The notes beneath the pieces were generated by a model. That model was not told the origin of the DNA and did no database searches. It worked only from the letters and a program-made list of their open reading frames with translations. A stretch of 64,000 nt of DNA from Marsupella aquatica (Eukaryota; Plantae; Marchantiophyta), in the NCBI GenBank assembly GCA_973895155.1, contig OZ316894.1, positions 17,948,563 through 18,012,562 on the forward strand, given 5' to 3'. Below, in pieces: positions 24,183 through 35,372 of the stretch. Position numbers and translations under genes: made by a program. Within the stretch, counting starts at the first letter, position 1. Each line of letters begins with the position of its first letter.

Positions 24183-26756
24183 GCCCGAAAAAGACTGTGA
24201 AGCAACTTTGGCTAGAGTTCTTTTCAGATCCTTCTCAGTGGTGGGATCATAGATTGGAGAAGGTAAACATCAATATGTACCACAGCTTCTCTGTGATTAT
24301 CTCTTACAACATAACGGATCACGAAAGTATTTTTCTCTCTCTACGACATTAGATGGAAAGCATTCTTCTGGTAGTGAAACGTTTATCCAGGATGTCAATT
24401 TCGGGATTTGCTCCTCCATTCTGACGGCTTGGGTTGCACTGCGCCATGAGCAGTTCAGGTATATAATCCGGATCTTGTTGTCCTTTCACAGGGAAATGTT
24501 AGGTATCCAGATTTCAAACATAAGAAGACACAAGAGGGTCTATGGCTGGGCAGCAAATCCAACCCTTCATGGGTGGAAACAGGGCTGGCTGCAATGGCAC
24601 CAGGTGCTGTCCAGTCAAACATATATTCATGGAACAGAAGGCTGGCTAGGATTGTGAAAGCTGGGCAATATGTGGAAGCCATAGAACTTTTCCGCCGAAT
24701 GCAAGTGGAGGGCATGAGTCCAGACAGTTATAGTTTCGTGCAAGTTATCAACGCATGTGCTAGCCTAGGTGATCTTGAAGAAGGCAGAAGGATTCATACA
24801 CAGATAATTCAGAGTTGTCTGGATCCGGATGTTTTTGTGAATAACAGTCTGATTGACATGTATGCCAAATGTGGGAGGATGGAGGACTCCTGCAGAGTGT
24901 TCAACGAGATGGCCAAGCGGGACGTGGTCTCTTGGAACACCTTAATTCTGGGATATGTAAAATGTGGTCAAGGGCAGAAGGCATTGGAACTTTATGAATG
25001 GATGCAACGTGAGCAGGTTGAGCCAGTTTGCGTCACCTTTGTGGGCCTGCTCAATGCATGTGCTAGTTTAGGTGCACTTAAAGAAGGCAGGATTATCCAT
25101 AAACAGGTCAGTGAAAGAGGTATTGAATTTGATGTCTTTGTGAGTAGTTGCTTGGTTGACATGTATGCAAAATGCGGGAGCATAGTAGAGGCTCAGAGAG
25201 TGTTCAACACTATGCCCCAACGCAATGTGGTTGCTTGGACTGCCATGATTCGGGGCCTAGTGAAATGTGGGCAAGGGCATAAGGCCTTGGAATTATCTAG
25301 TATCATGCAGCACGAAGGGGTGGAACCTGATGCTGGTGCCTATGTGGGCATGCTGAATGCATGTGCAAGTGCCGGTGCGCTAGGCGAAGGCAGGCATGTC
25401 CACGACCAAGTCATTCGAAATGGTTTTGAGTGTGACGTGTTCGTGGGCAGCTGCCTGGTGGACATGTATGCAAAATGTGGGAGCATAGAAGACGCTCAAA
25501 GAGTCTTCAACAAGATGCCCACTCGGAATGTGGTTGCTTGGACTGCCATGATTCAGGGGCTAGTAAAGTGCGGGCAAGGGCAGAGAGCGTTGGATCTATG
25601 TCGAGCGATGCAGCAGGAAGGGGTGGAGCCCGATGCTGTGACCTTGGTGGGCATGCTAAATGCATGTGCAAGCGTAGGAGCTCTGGAAGAAGGCAGACTT
25701 GTGCATCAGCAGATCGTCAAGAAGGGGGTTGAATGTGACGTTTTTCTGGGTAGTGGCCTCATTAACATGTACGCCAAATGTGGGAGCATTGAGGATGCCC
25801 TCAAAGTGTTCAATGAACTGCCAGTGCACAATTTGGTTGCTTGGACTGCTATGCTGGGAGGGTATGCCATGCATGGCTATGCAGCAGAAGCGCTTGAACA
25901 TTTCCAACAAATGTGCCAAGCAGGTGTAAAGCCGGATGGGGTAACTTTCATTTCTCTTCTGTCAGCATGTAGCCATCGGGGTCTAGTCGATGAAGGCCTG
26001 CACCATTTTGAATCCATGAGTTTAGTTTATGGTATTTCTGCGGAGGTGGAGCACTACGCCTGCATGGTTGACCTCCTTGGTCGTGCTGGGCATTTGCTTG
26101 AGGCAGAGAATATGATCAGGATGATGTCCTGTGAACCAGATGCAACTGTGTGGATGTCATTGGCCAGCACTTGCAGACTTCATGGTGACTTGGAGATGGG
26201 AGAACGTGCTGCGAAGCAACTTTTGAAATTGGAACCTGAAAATACTGGAGCGTATGTGCTCCTAGCAAACATTTATGCTGCTGCTGGCAAGTGGGACAGC
26301 AGTACAGCCGTTCATCAAGAGAGGTTGTTGAAGTGTAAGAATAAACAACCAGGACGCACCTGGATTGAGATTAATAGTGAGGTGCATAGCTTCACAATCG
26401 ATGACCGTGAGCATCCTCAGATTGGGGAAATCCATGCAGAACTGACTAGACTGCATGGGCTAATGATTGAAGCGGGGTATAAGGCAGATACCACCGTCGC
26501 ATTGCATGATGTTGAAGAAGATGAAAAGACGCTCCACTTAAGTCGCCATAGTGAGAAACTGGCAATTGCCTTTGGGATCATAAGTACACCCCCTGGCACT
26601 CCACTCCGCATTTTCAAGAATATGCGTGTGTGCGGTGACTGTCACTCTGCTACCAAATTGATTGGAAAGATAACTAGGAGGACAATTGTAGTAAGGGATG
26701 CCAATCGCTTTCATCACTTTCACGGTGGTCATTGTTCTTGCAAGGATTATTGGTGA
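24183..26756 (+). CDS. PLS-class PPR-E1-E2-DYW protein (C-to-U editing factor type) with an N-terminal OSB-like PDF motif
   Basis: Exons 24183-24262 and 24492-26756. Four P1-L1-S1 triplets plus P2-L2-S2, E1, E2, PG box (KQPGRTWIE), HSEK and CGDCH zinc-deaminase motifs, terminal CSCKDYW*. The N-terminal part reads LWLEFFSDPSQWWDHRLEK|GNVRYPDFKHKKTQEGLWL..NPSWV. Confidence 0.95.
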
Positions 26757-28339
26757 TGACTGTTGTCCATTACGGAGGGGCCGGGTTTTTATAGCACGGG
26801 CAGTTTTTGATATACTGGAGAGTTACCCACAATACAGATGACAAATTAACATCTTGACATCCGATCCGTCGTATCAAGTCAGGCAGCTGAGGATAACGGA
26901 AGGGGGCCATCAGATCAGATTGCGCTGTAAATTTTGTAGCACTGTGGTTCCGCCATTTGTAAATAGTAGACATGGTTCCTACGACATGTTGATAGTGCTT
27001 TTTGAGGTATATTGCATTCACCTTGTCTGATTGAATCATGTTCTGTTGGAACTACTTCGAAGTTACAGGTAGATCAGACTACTGTCTCCTTACCAGCACA
27101 TCCAGCCCCTATTCCTGTGCCAAACCTGATACAGTCGTGGAGCAGTTGTGTTCAATCACTTCCCAAAGGTGTTTTTTGGATGAAATTTGGCAAGTGCTAT
27201 ACAGGAGAGAGCGACTATTTATTCTTCTTTCTATTCTTCTTCTATTTGATGCAACTTCCCTTAGCTTTTGTGGAGGGCAGGTGCTGCTTATTACAATGTG
27301 TGGCAGCCTTCAACGTCTTCAAATCCCAAGGTAGTTTGGTACCATCTATGAAGGGTCCACGGTCTAGGGTATGTCCTCACACGGCACATCCGCAAGTCTA
27401 CTTGGTTACTTTATATATATTCTTATTCTAGTGTATTTAGAAGGGCTCTGCTCTTTACACAAGGAGCAAGACTAGCAAGAACCCAAGTGGAAGCCTCACC
27501 CATGCATTGTGAGGACCCTCGGCAGTCACCATACATCAGTTCAGTCACCATACATCAGTTCGATATTTCTGTTGGGACACTGTAAAATGTAGCTCTGCGT
27601 TGGGTGATAGCAGTGCCCAAGAAATGCACCATAATGTTTGCTACACCTCTTATCACCAAGCAGTATGTCATGTTCCGATATCTAGCCTAAGTTCTTTGGC
27701 CCCTAATGGCACCATTGGAAAAAGAGTTCATCCCCCAATTGGCTCTCAAGACAAACATACTTCACCACCATTGGTATTTTGCTGTTCTTCCCAAACTTCT
27801 TCAACTGCTACCCCATGGACGTTCTTCAAAAATCAAATTCCAACAATAGTCTAAATTCATGTATCTTTTGACAAAATAACATCCCCACTGATTAGCTGTG
27901 GATGGCCAGGCACCAGGGCAGGACACTGGGCAGCATGGGGCAGACGGCCCGCAGCAATGGGAAGTCACCAGAGGGCAGTGTCTTGTGGGATGTGTATTAC
28001 AACCCCCTCATCAAGTAGCTTGATTGGTTCACTGGTTGTCTCTCACTATGAGTCAGGAGTTCTTGTTGTCAATCCTACCTGATATTGTTTGCGCCCTCTA
28101 TATTTTTGGCCAGGAACGGATGGGAAGTGGCGAGGAGGGACGGTGGCTAAAGGGAGGAGTATATGCATAATAAGAGATAGCATGTTGCGGTCAGGGAGGT
28201 TGAGGACAGTGGACTGTCAGGAATGAAGAGTGCTCAAACCATGGCAGGAATGAAAAGCAGCCAGGGCAAGGGAGGGGGACCTTTTATAGTGGTAACTGTG
28301 GCAAGACCCTAATAAACACCACTTGATAGGAAGACCTAC

Positions 28340-28810
28340 ATTATTCTGAGAGAAGGCGGAGCTGGAAGGGAGGCTTCGTTGTTGGGGAGGTTTTCGTAGT
28401 GTGGGCATTTTGGAGCTTTTTGTGAGACCTTGTTTGGTTTTGGACTGACATTTGTACTTGAAAGGAAGATTTTGATCATTCGGGGTAGAGAAGGCGGAGC
28501 GGAAAGGGAGGCATTGTCATGGGGGAGGTTTTTGCAGTGCGGGCATTTGCTGGGGAGGTGGTTTTTGCAGTGCCGGCATTTGTTGGGGAGTTGTTTGGAG
28601 TGTGGGCATTGTTTAGCTTTTCGTGATACCTCGTTTGGTTTTGGATTGACATTGTTACTTGAGAGGAAGATATTGATTATTTGGGGTAGGAGCGGAAAGG
28701 GAGGCATCGTTGATGGGGAGGTTTTCGTGGTGCGGGCATTTGCTGAGGAGGTGGTTTTCACAGCAAAGGCATTTGTTGGGGATGAGGTTTTTGCAATGCG
28801 GGCATTTTTG
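28340..28810. repeat. Degenerate nested repeats (~30-bp ggggaggtttt.gcagtgcgggcattt units within ~200-bp duplications)
   Basis: tttggttttgga.tgacatt..tacttga.aggaagat recurs at ~28432 and ~28634; gcgggcattt-like units recur several times. Confidence 0.6.
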
Positions 28811-29286
28811 AGCTCTTATCATGCATTGAGATTCTCAGTTGTATGAATATATCTTTTTTTATGTGGAGGAGATAGTATTGCTTACTTTGCACTTTCCTGG
28901 AATGGCTTTGGAAATTTAGAAGAGTGCTGATGTTTTTCTGGAGAAGGTATTTGTTCTTCGCACCAGATCTTAGAAGATTCTTTGTTTGTTTTTTGTGCAG
29001 GAAGCCTGAAGGGCTCTGCAAGGGACAACACAGTTGTCAAATGGAGATTTGAAGGTCAAGTTAGAGCACTAGAGTGTTGGCTTCATCCTTATCATGGGAG
29101 TCGTTGCAGATAGGTTTACCCTTGAATTGAGAGAATCAAAACAATAGATATTATGTACTCCTTACAATATAGAGATAGTTCAAATGATGGATCTGTTGTC
29201 AAGACTGAAGACTCCTAATTGTAAATCAGATATTTTTAGTAACCAAAGAAGCAGACATTCCCACAAGGTCAAAGTATCCTACTAAC

Positions 29287-29548
29287 TGTTCTACAACAAT
29301 ATGTTAGAGCTCACAACAGAAGGTGCTCCGATACTAGTTAATGTAGTTCATCTTTTTGGTCGAGATTTAGGTGTCATTTTTCTCGCTTACGAGGGGCTGC
29401 ATTATTTGAAAGAAATTTTACTACACAAAGGTCCCTCAATTGTTCTACAGCAGTATGTTAGAGCTCACAACAAACGGTACTCAGATACTAGTTAACTTAG
29501 TTTGTCTATTTGATCGGGAGTTAGGTGTCATTTTTCTTGCTTACCAGG
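29287..29548. repeat. ~105-bp direct duplication (period ~154 bp)
   Basis: tgttctaca.ca.tatgttagagctcacaaca...gatactagttaa...ttaggtgtcatttttct.gcttac at 29287 and 29441. Confidence 0.8.
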
Positions 29549-31448
29549 TGATGTTGTCCTAACCAAATTTGTATATGTAAAATTCCCTTGAAGAAAATTG
29601 TAAACAGTACATTGTGATCTTGTCGCAATGTAACCTTGTTGGATTTACAAAAAAAATTAATTCCTCAAATGAGCTTGTTTGTTTATACAAGTGACCAATC
29701 TGTCAGGTTCGACTTGTTCTATTTGATCCAGGTTCGACTTGGATGCTGTTCAAGGAAGTGCTACTGGAATCCGTCATAATCTATGCAAATAATCATCCGT
29801 TCAGATAGCTTATCAGGTCTAACTAAAGTGATGGATGATATTGAGTTCAATTAGATCTGATTCATTGGTACTTTACATAGGAGTAAGCAACACAATTGGA
29901 GACCACCACTCAAGGACGGCAATTGTCTCGTTCCTTTTGCCATCTTGATCAAGCGGGTGATCAAGTTAATGTTGGATTGCATTGTTAATGAAAGAATGTC
30001 TCAATGTGTTGCTCATGTTTGCACATTACTTTGGTAGGATGGAAAGTGAACGAGAAGCTTGAGGAGCTTGTACAACATCTCATGGTTGGTGTGGGTTGTG
30101 GGAGTGAATTTGAGATATTAATGTAAAGTAGGAATAACGTATCCCATGGCAAAGCAGTTGTAGAAGAAGTTTAAACCCCTAAAAACTAAGAAAGAGGAAC
30201 TAAACCTAACCAAACAAACCAAGGTCCTCATCATTCCTAGCAAATGTGGCAAAAATTAAGCTAATGGTCCACATCAAGTGTCAAAATTAAATTGACATGT
30301 GGGATTGGAATGTCCTCTAGGGGGCTAGCCACTATGGAGGCACACTAGCACCACTGTAAGAGATTGACGATAGATGACCCGAGCTTGAGCAGTTGTAAGG
30401 TGAATAAAATGCGTTGGCAAAAGTGTGTGGTCAAAATAGATAGTTGCAACTCTCATTGTATCACTTTGTACGTCCCTTGCCCCCTTCATCCGTTCTAGTG
30501 TCTCAACGCAAAAGCACAAAAAAGGACAAGTTTTGCAACTTCTCAAAAGACTTAAAACTTGACACCTCCACGTAGCCCACTAGCCTAGCAAACCAACGTT
30601 GAAATCCAAAATTGAAACTGAGCTCTAACAAAAAACATTTTCATATTTTGGTCGGGGTGGGTAAAACTCAAAATTCTCCCCAATTTTGACCACCTTGGGG
30701 AAGAACCAAAATCTGAGCAACACCTCAATGCTGGAAATGCAATTTGATCAGTGCACCACATTGGAAACTCCGCTGGCTACAAACTTCCCGAAGATAAACC
30801 AAAAAAGTTATCTTTTGGTGGGCAGAATCTTTGATGGACGGCCAAGAACATGCTCTCTATTTTTTGGAATATTACCTGCACAAAGCGGCAGGGCTCACAG
30901 GGGGCCGTTCCCCCTGTCCAAGCGGTTAAATTGGTGGATCACCTGGCCCGGGATGCGGGATAACCAATAAGAGGAGAAAAAATAAAAAATCCAGGCCTTA
31001 AGGGATCTTAAGCCCCTTAGGTGTATAAGGGCCCAGGCATACGTTGCATATGCAAGAAGGGTGTATTGGCAGTTGCAACGGCTGCGTACCGGTGAGGAGG
31101 GCCAGGCCGGGACAAAAGGAATTTGTTGGCAGCATAGGCATACACGAAGGTGTGTGGGTATGGTAGGGTCGGAAAGGGCGCGACCGGGGGTGATAACCCA
31201 CGGGCTGCAACTTTTGCATCGGCCGGCGCTGTGGGCCACGACTGCGACTGCGGTATGCGGGAGGAGGGGGTACGTGGGGTGACAAAGGGGTATTCAGGGC
31301 TAGGGCGCAATGTGTATACACCTCTTTTGTATACATGCACTAAAATGGCCCTATTCTAAGCCAAATCTGCTTTAAAAAAATAATTTTTGGGTTACTCACA
31401 ATCCTGCTGTCGCTTACACCAAAAAAAGACTAGTTGCCGATAGGAAAT

Positions 31449-34393
31449 TGTGAGGAATTGACTTGAGTTCCCAACTTAGTTAGTTTGGCCTTACTAGGGT
31501 TAGTTAACCTTGGATTACATTAGGATAAGATCCATTTAGTTTAGGTCCACTCATCTTGGCCCCCTTGGGGGGTATAGGGTGGAGGGAGAGCTCTCTCTCC
31601 CTCATTCTTCACATGTACTCTCATTTGCTATGGAGCCTTCAGGAGTTTCTCCACTCAGGATGTCTCGTCGGTGTCGCATCTGTGAGTATCTCTCATGTTT
31701 CCGCATTGTTATCTAGTCTGGAGCCGACGGTTTCTTACAAGTGGTATCAAAGCTTTGTGTTCGTGGTTCGGTGGTCTGGGCAATGATGAGAGCACTCGTG
31801 TGTTGGATTGTGGTGGAAGATTGAGTCGTCATTGACAATTGTTTGTCCTCAGGTCTCATTGTTAATAGGTTGTTGAGGCAAAAGGGCTATAAATTGTGGG
31901 ATCCTGTTGATTGTAGGGCATTTGTAAGCAAAAATGTTGTTTTTGACAAAAAATGGTTGTCAAGACCCCAGGATATTTAGGAGGACCAGGTGGAGGAACC
32001 CACTACGATGGAGCTTGGTGGTGATGAGGAAGCTACTGGTCCCTCTGGTAGAAGTGCAGTTCCTCAACCAAGGCGCTCCATCAGGGCCAATTTTGGCCAA
32101 CCCCTTGATAGATTTGGTTTTGTAGATCCTCGTGTTCACGTTGTTGAGCATGACAATCATCCCGGTGTTGTTTTGCTCACTGAAGATGGAGACCCATCTA
32201 GCTATGAAGAAGCTATGGCCTCTCCAGAGAAGGATAAGTGGATGGAGGAAATGTTGAAGGAGATGAATTCTTTGAAGAAGAATTCCACTTGGCGCTTGAC
32301 TGACATGCCTCACGGGCTCGGGGGGTCACTATATGAAGGGTCATACATCACGTGCAACGGTTTGGGTCATTTATGACCCCCCTAAGTCACTTTCTAGAAA
32401 GTTGTACGGCACCACTCATGTGATGACACGTATGCATTTTGCAATTAAACAACCCTATATTTCGATAGAAGACTTAATAAGTCTTCCGCCAAAACCATTT
32501 AAATGGCCCTATACTTCGTCGCACATGATATGCCACTTCCATGGAAGTGACCCCTCGAGCTCACGGGAAGACACTGGTTCCATGTAGATGGCTGTACAAG
32601 AAAAAGCTGGATGGCACTTACAAGGCACGCCTTGTGGCCAAAGGGTACACCTAGTTCAAGGAGGACTTGGACTACACAGAGATATTCTCACCAGTTGTCA
32701 AACTTGCTAATATTCGTATTTTATCTATGATTGTGGCATTCTATGAACTTGAGTTAGATCAAATGGATGTAATTACTGCTTTCCTACATGGATTGCTTGA
32801 TGTGGAGATTTATATGACTTAGCCTTCAGGTTTTATTGACGAGAAGACCAGTCACTTAGTGTGTAAGCTCTTGCGCTCGTTATACGGATTGAAGCAGAGT
32901 CCCAGACAGTGGAATAAGCATTTTGATTCCTTCATGTTGTCTCAGGGATTCACACGGAGTGAACATGATTGTTGTATTTACATGAAGGAGGTGGAGAATT
33001 ACTCACGCTTTGGTTACATTGTGCTGACATTGTATGTGGATGACATGTTGATCTTGGCTGAGAATAAGTCTGATGTTGCTCATCTGAAAGCAATGCTTAG
33101 TAAAAAGTTTTCAATGAAGGACTTGGGTCAAGCCAAAAAGATTCTAGGGATGGAGATTCATCGTGATAGGGAGTAGAGGCAATTATGGTTGTCTTAGAGG
33201 CAGTATTTGGAGAATGTACTTGCCAAATATAGAATGGAGAATGCAAAACCAGTTGGTACTCGATTGGCTTCCCACTTTAAACTCTCAAAGAATGATTGCC
33301 CTTCTAGTGAGAGTGATAGATTGGTGATGAAACATGTTCCCTATGATAGTGTTGTGGGTAGTTTGATGTATGCGATGACATGCACTAGACCTGACATCCC
33401 GCCTAACATTGCCCATGTTGTTAGAATTTTGAGCACATTTATGACAAATCCTGGTAAGTTTCACTGGGAAGCAGTGAAGTGGATTTTGCGGTATTTGAAA
33501 GGTACCTTAGATTGTGGGATGTTATTTGACAGTAAAGCAGACTCTACATTAGAGTTTAAAGGTTTTGTAGATTCAGATTATGCTGGTAACTTGGATAACA
33601 GGAAGTCTACTACAGGCTATGTGTTTATGTTGGGTGGAGGTTGTATTAGCTGGAAGTCGGCAACTCAATCCTATGTTGCATTGTCTACTACTGAGGCTGA
33701 GTACATGGCTACCTGTGAGGCAACCAAGGAGCTGATCTGGCTACGAAGATTGGTGAGTGATCTGGGTCTTTCACCTGAAAAACCGGTGCTGCTATGTGAC
33801 AGTCAAAGTGCTTCAAATGCATCTAGCTAAGAACCCTGTATTCCATGCTAAGACAAAGCACATTGATATTCGTTATCACTTCATCCGTGAGGTGATTGAG
33901 ACAAAGCAAATATATCTGTAGAAGGTAGCTTCAGAGGAGAATGTGGCAGACATGCTTACCAAAGTTTTACCTACTACTAGCTTTAGTCATTATGTGGATA
34001 TTATTAATGTTAGGGCCCAATTGGAGACTATGTAGATATGTTACTTAGTTACATATTGTATATCACCTGACTCATTGTGTGAACTAGAGTCAAGGTGGAG
34101 ATTGTTAGGAATTGACTTGAGTTCTTGACTTAGTTAGTTTGGCCTTACTAGGGTTAGTTAACCCTGGATTACATTAGGATAAGATTTGCTTAGTTTAGGC
34201 TCACTCATCTTGGCGCCCTTGGGGGGTATAGGGTGGAGGGAGAGCTCTCTCTCCCTCATTCTTCATGTGTACTCTCATTTGCTATGGAGCCTTCAGGAGT
34301 TTCTCCACTCGGGGTGTCTCGTCTGTGTAGCATCTGTGAGTATCTATCATGTTTTTGCATTGCTGTCTAGTTTGGAGCCGACGGTTTCTTACA
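31449..34393 (+). mobile_element. Older, internally deleted Ty1/copia of a second family (non-autonomous)
   Basis: 291-bp LTRs (31449-31739, 34103-34393) with about 24 mismatches by eye, mostly transitions. PBS tggtatcaaagc at 31742, PPT aaggtggaga, flanks GAAAT / AAAAT. No gag, PR or IN core; IN C-terminal remnant (KGYKLWDP) and RT/RH with stops (LYVDDML, FVDSDYAG, EAEY). Confidence 0.93.
32317..32559. mobile_element. 243-bp MITE inserted in the copia RT
   Basis: TIRs CTCGGGGGGTCACT / AGTGACCCCTCGAG (13/14 match) and 8-bp TSD CTCACGGG (32309-32316 / 32560-32567). Removing it restores NSTWRLTDMPHGKTLVPCRWLYKKK..KARLVAKGY. Confidence 0.9.
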
Positions 34394-34599
34394 AAAATGT
34401 TGCCCAATTGCACCACAATTGCACCAATGCTGTCTGCAACTCTAGCACTATAGATACTTCTGCCGCATCTCGATCCCTTCACCTCAAGTGCCAATCCCAG
34501 ACTCAAAATGACCACCCCGCCGCAATCTTTCTGTTGAGCCTTAGCACTTCACATTTCTTCCCCCGAGCCAAGCATGACGTTGAGAAACCCGTTTCAGTC

Positions 34600-35372
34600 A
34601 TGAACAAAACCAGAAACAACTTTATCACTCATACCATCACACTTGGTTCACCCTTTGCAACAAAAGAGATACCCGGGGAGATACCTAAACAACCAATTTT
34701 GCTCGATCTACAATTTGAGCTATAGCATGCAACGCCTCAGGCACCGCAAAGCTCACATCGTCAAGAAAACAATCTCAGATCCCTTCCACAAAACCGTCAA
34801 ACACGAAAAAATCCAAAACAACAAGAAATTTGATTTTGCCACACCACAAACTCCTATCAATGATTTCTAAGCACCGTTGGAAAGCCCTTGCCCCGATCTA
34901 TTCGTTGAGCCAACACCTTCAAATTCCATGCAACGGAACCCTGTGAAATCTTTCAACACTAATCACTAGAAAAAATCGTCACAAACACATCACAAAAAAT
35001 CTTATCATCACTCCCAGACTTGCTTTTATATCAATTTGTTGAAGTTCTATGATGTCCTCCCTGATAATACAATCATGACTCATTCCATACTCACGTAGTC
35101 AACACAATCCATACGTGGTTCATCTCTTCTCCAAAGCTACATCCACACGAACATGAAAGCTTTATTTCAAGAGTAGTCTCCACACACGAGCTCTCTCTCT
35201 CTCTCTCAAAGTCGCTTCGTTACAATGAGCAAGCATTATGTACCAGCCACTGACACTAGCCTTGGTATATACAAGGTCACACATGACTAACCTAACCTCA
35301 GGTAAGTCCCTAACTGCGGTTAGCCTAATTGTCGTAATCTATGAGTCACAAGACTTAGAGCAATCATTAACA
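34600..35372 (-). mobile_element. Truncated 5' end (LTR 35037-35372, degenerate PBS, leader) of a copia related to the young element
   Basis: 34871-34960 is the reverse complement of the 15960-16055 leader (ccgttggaaagcccttgccccgatctattcgttgagcc). The PBS-like gcttttatatca sits 3 nt from the LTR end. Confidence 0.75.

Noticed and set aside
26340-26756. U-to-C (DYW:KP) type editing domain
   Set aside because: Intact PG box with Trp, HSE motif and DYW terminus indicate the canonical C-to-U type.
28336-28761. KCPHCKN-like repeats suggesting a zinc-binding protein
   Set aside because: They arise from degenerate DNA repeats that read equally well as Thr/Ala-rich sequence in another frame; no gene structure established.
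31019-31323. GC-rich block bounded by AGGTGTATA / TATACACCT
   Set aside because: Only a 9-bp inverted match and at most a 3-bp flank repeat; insufficient to call a MITE.
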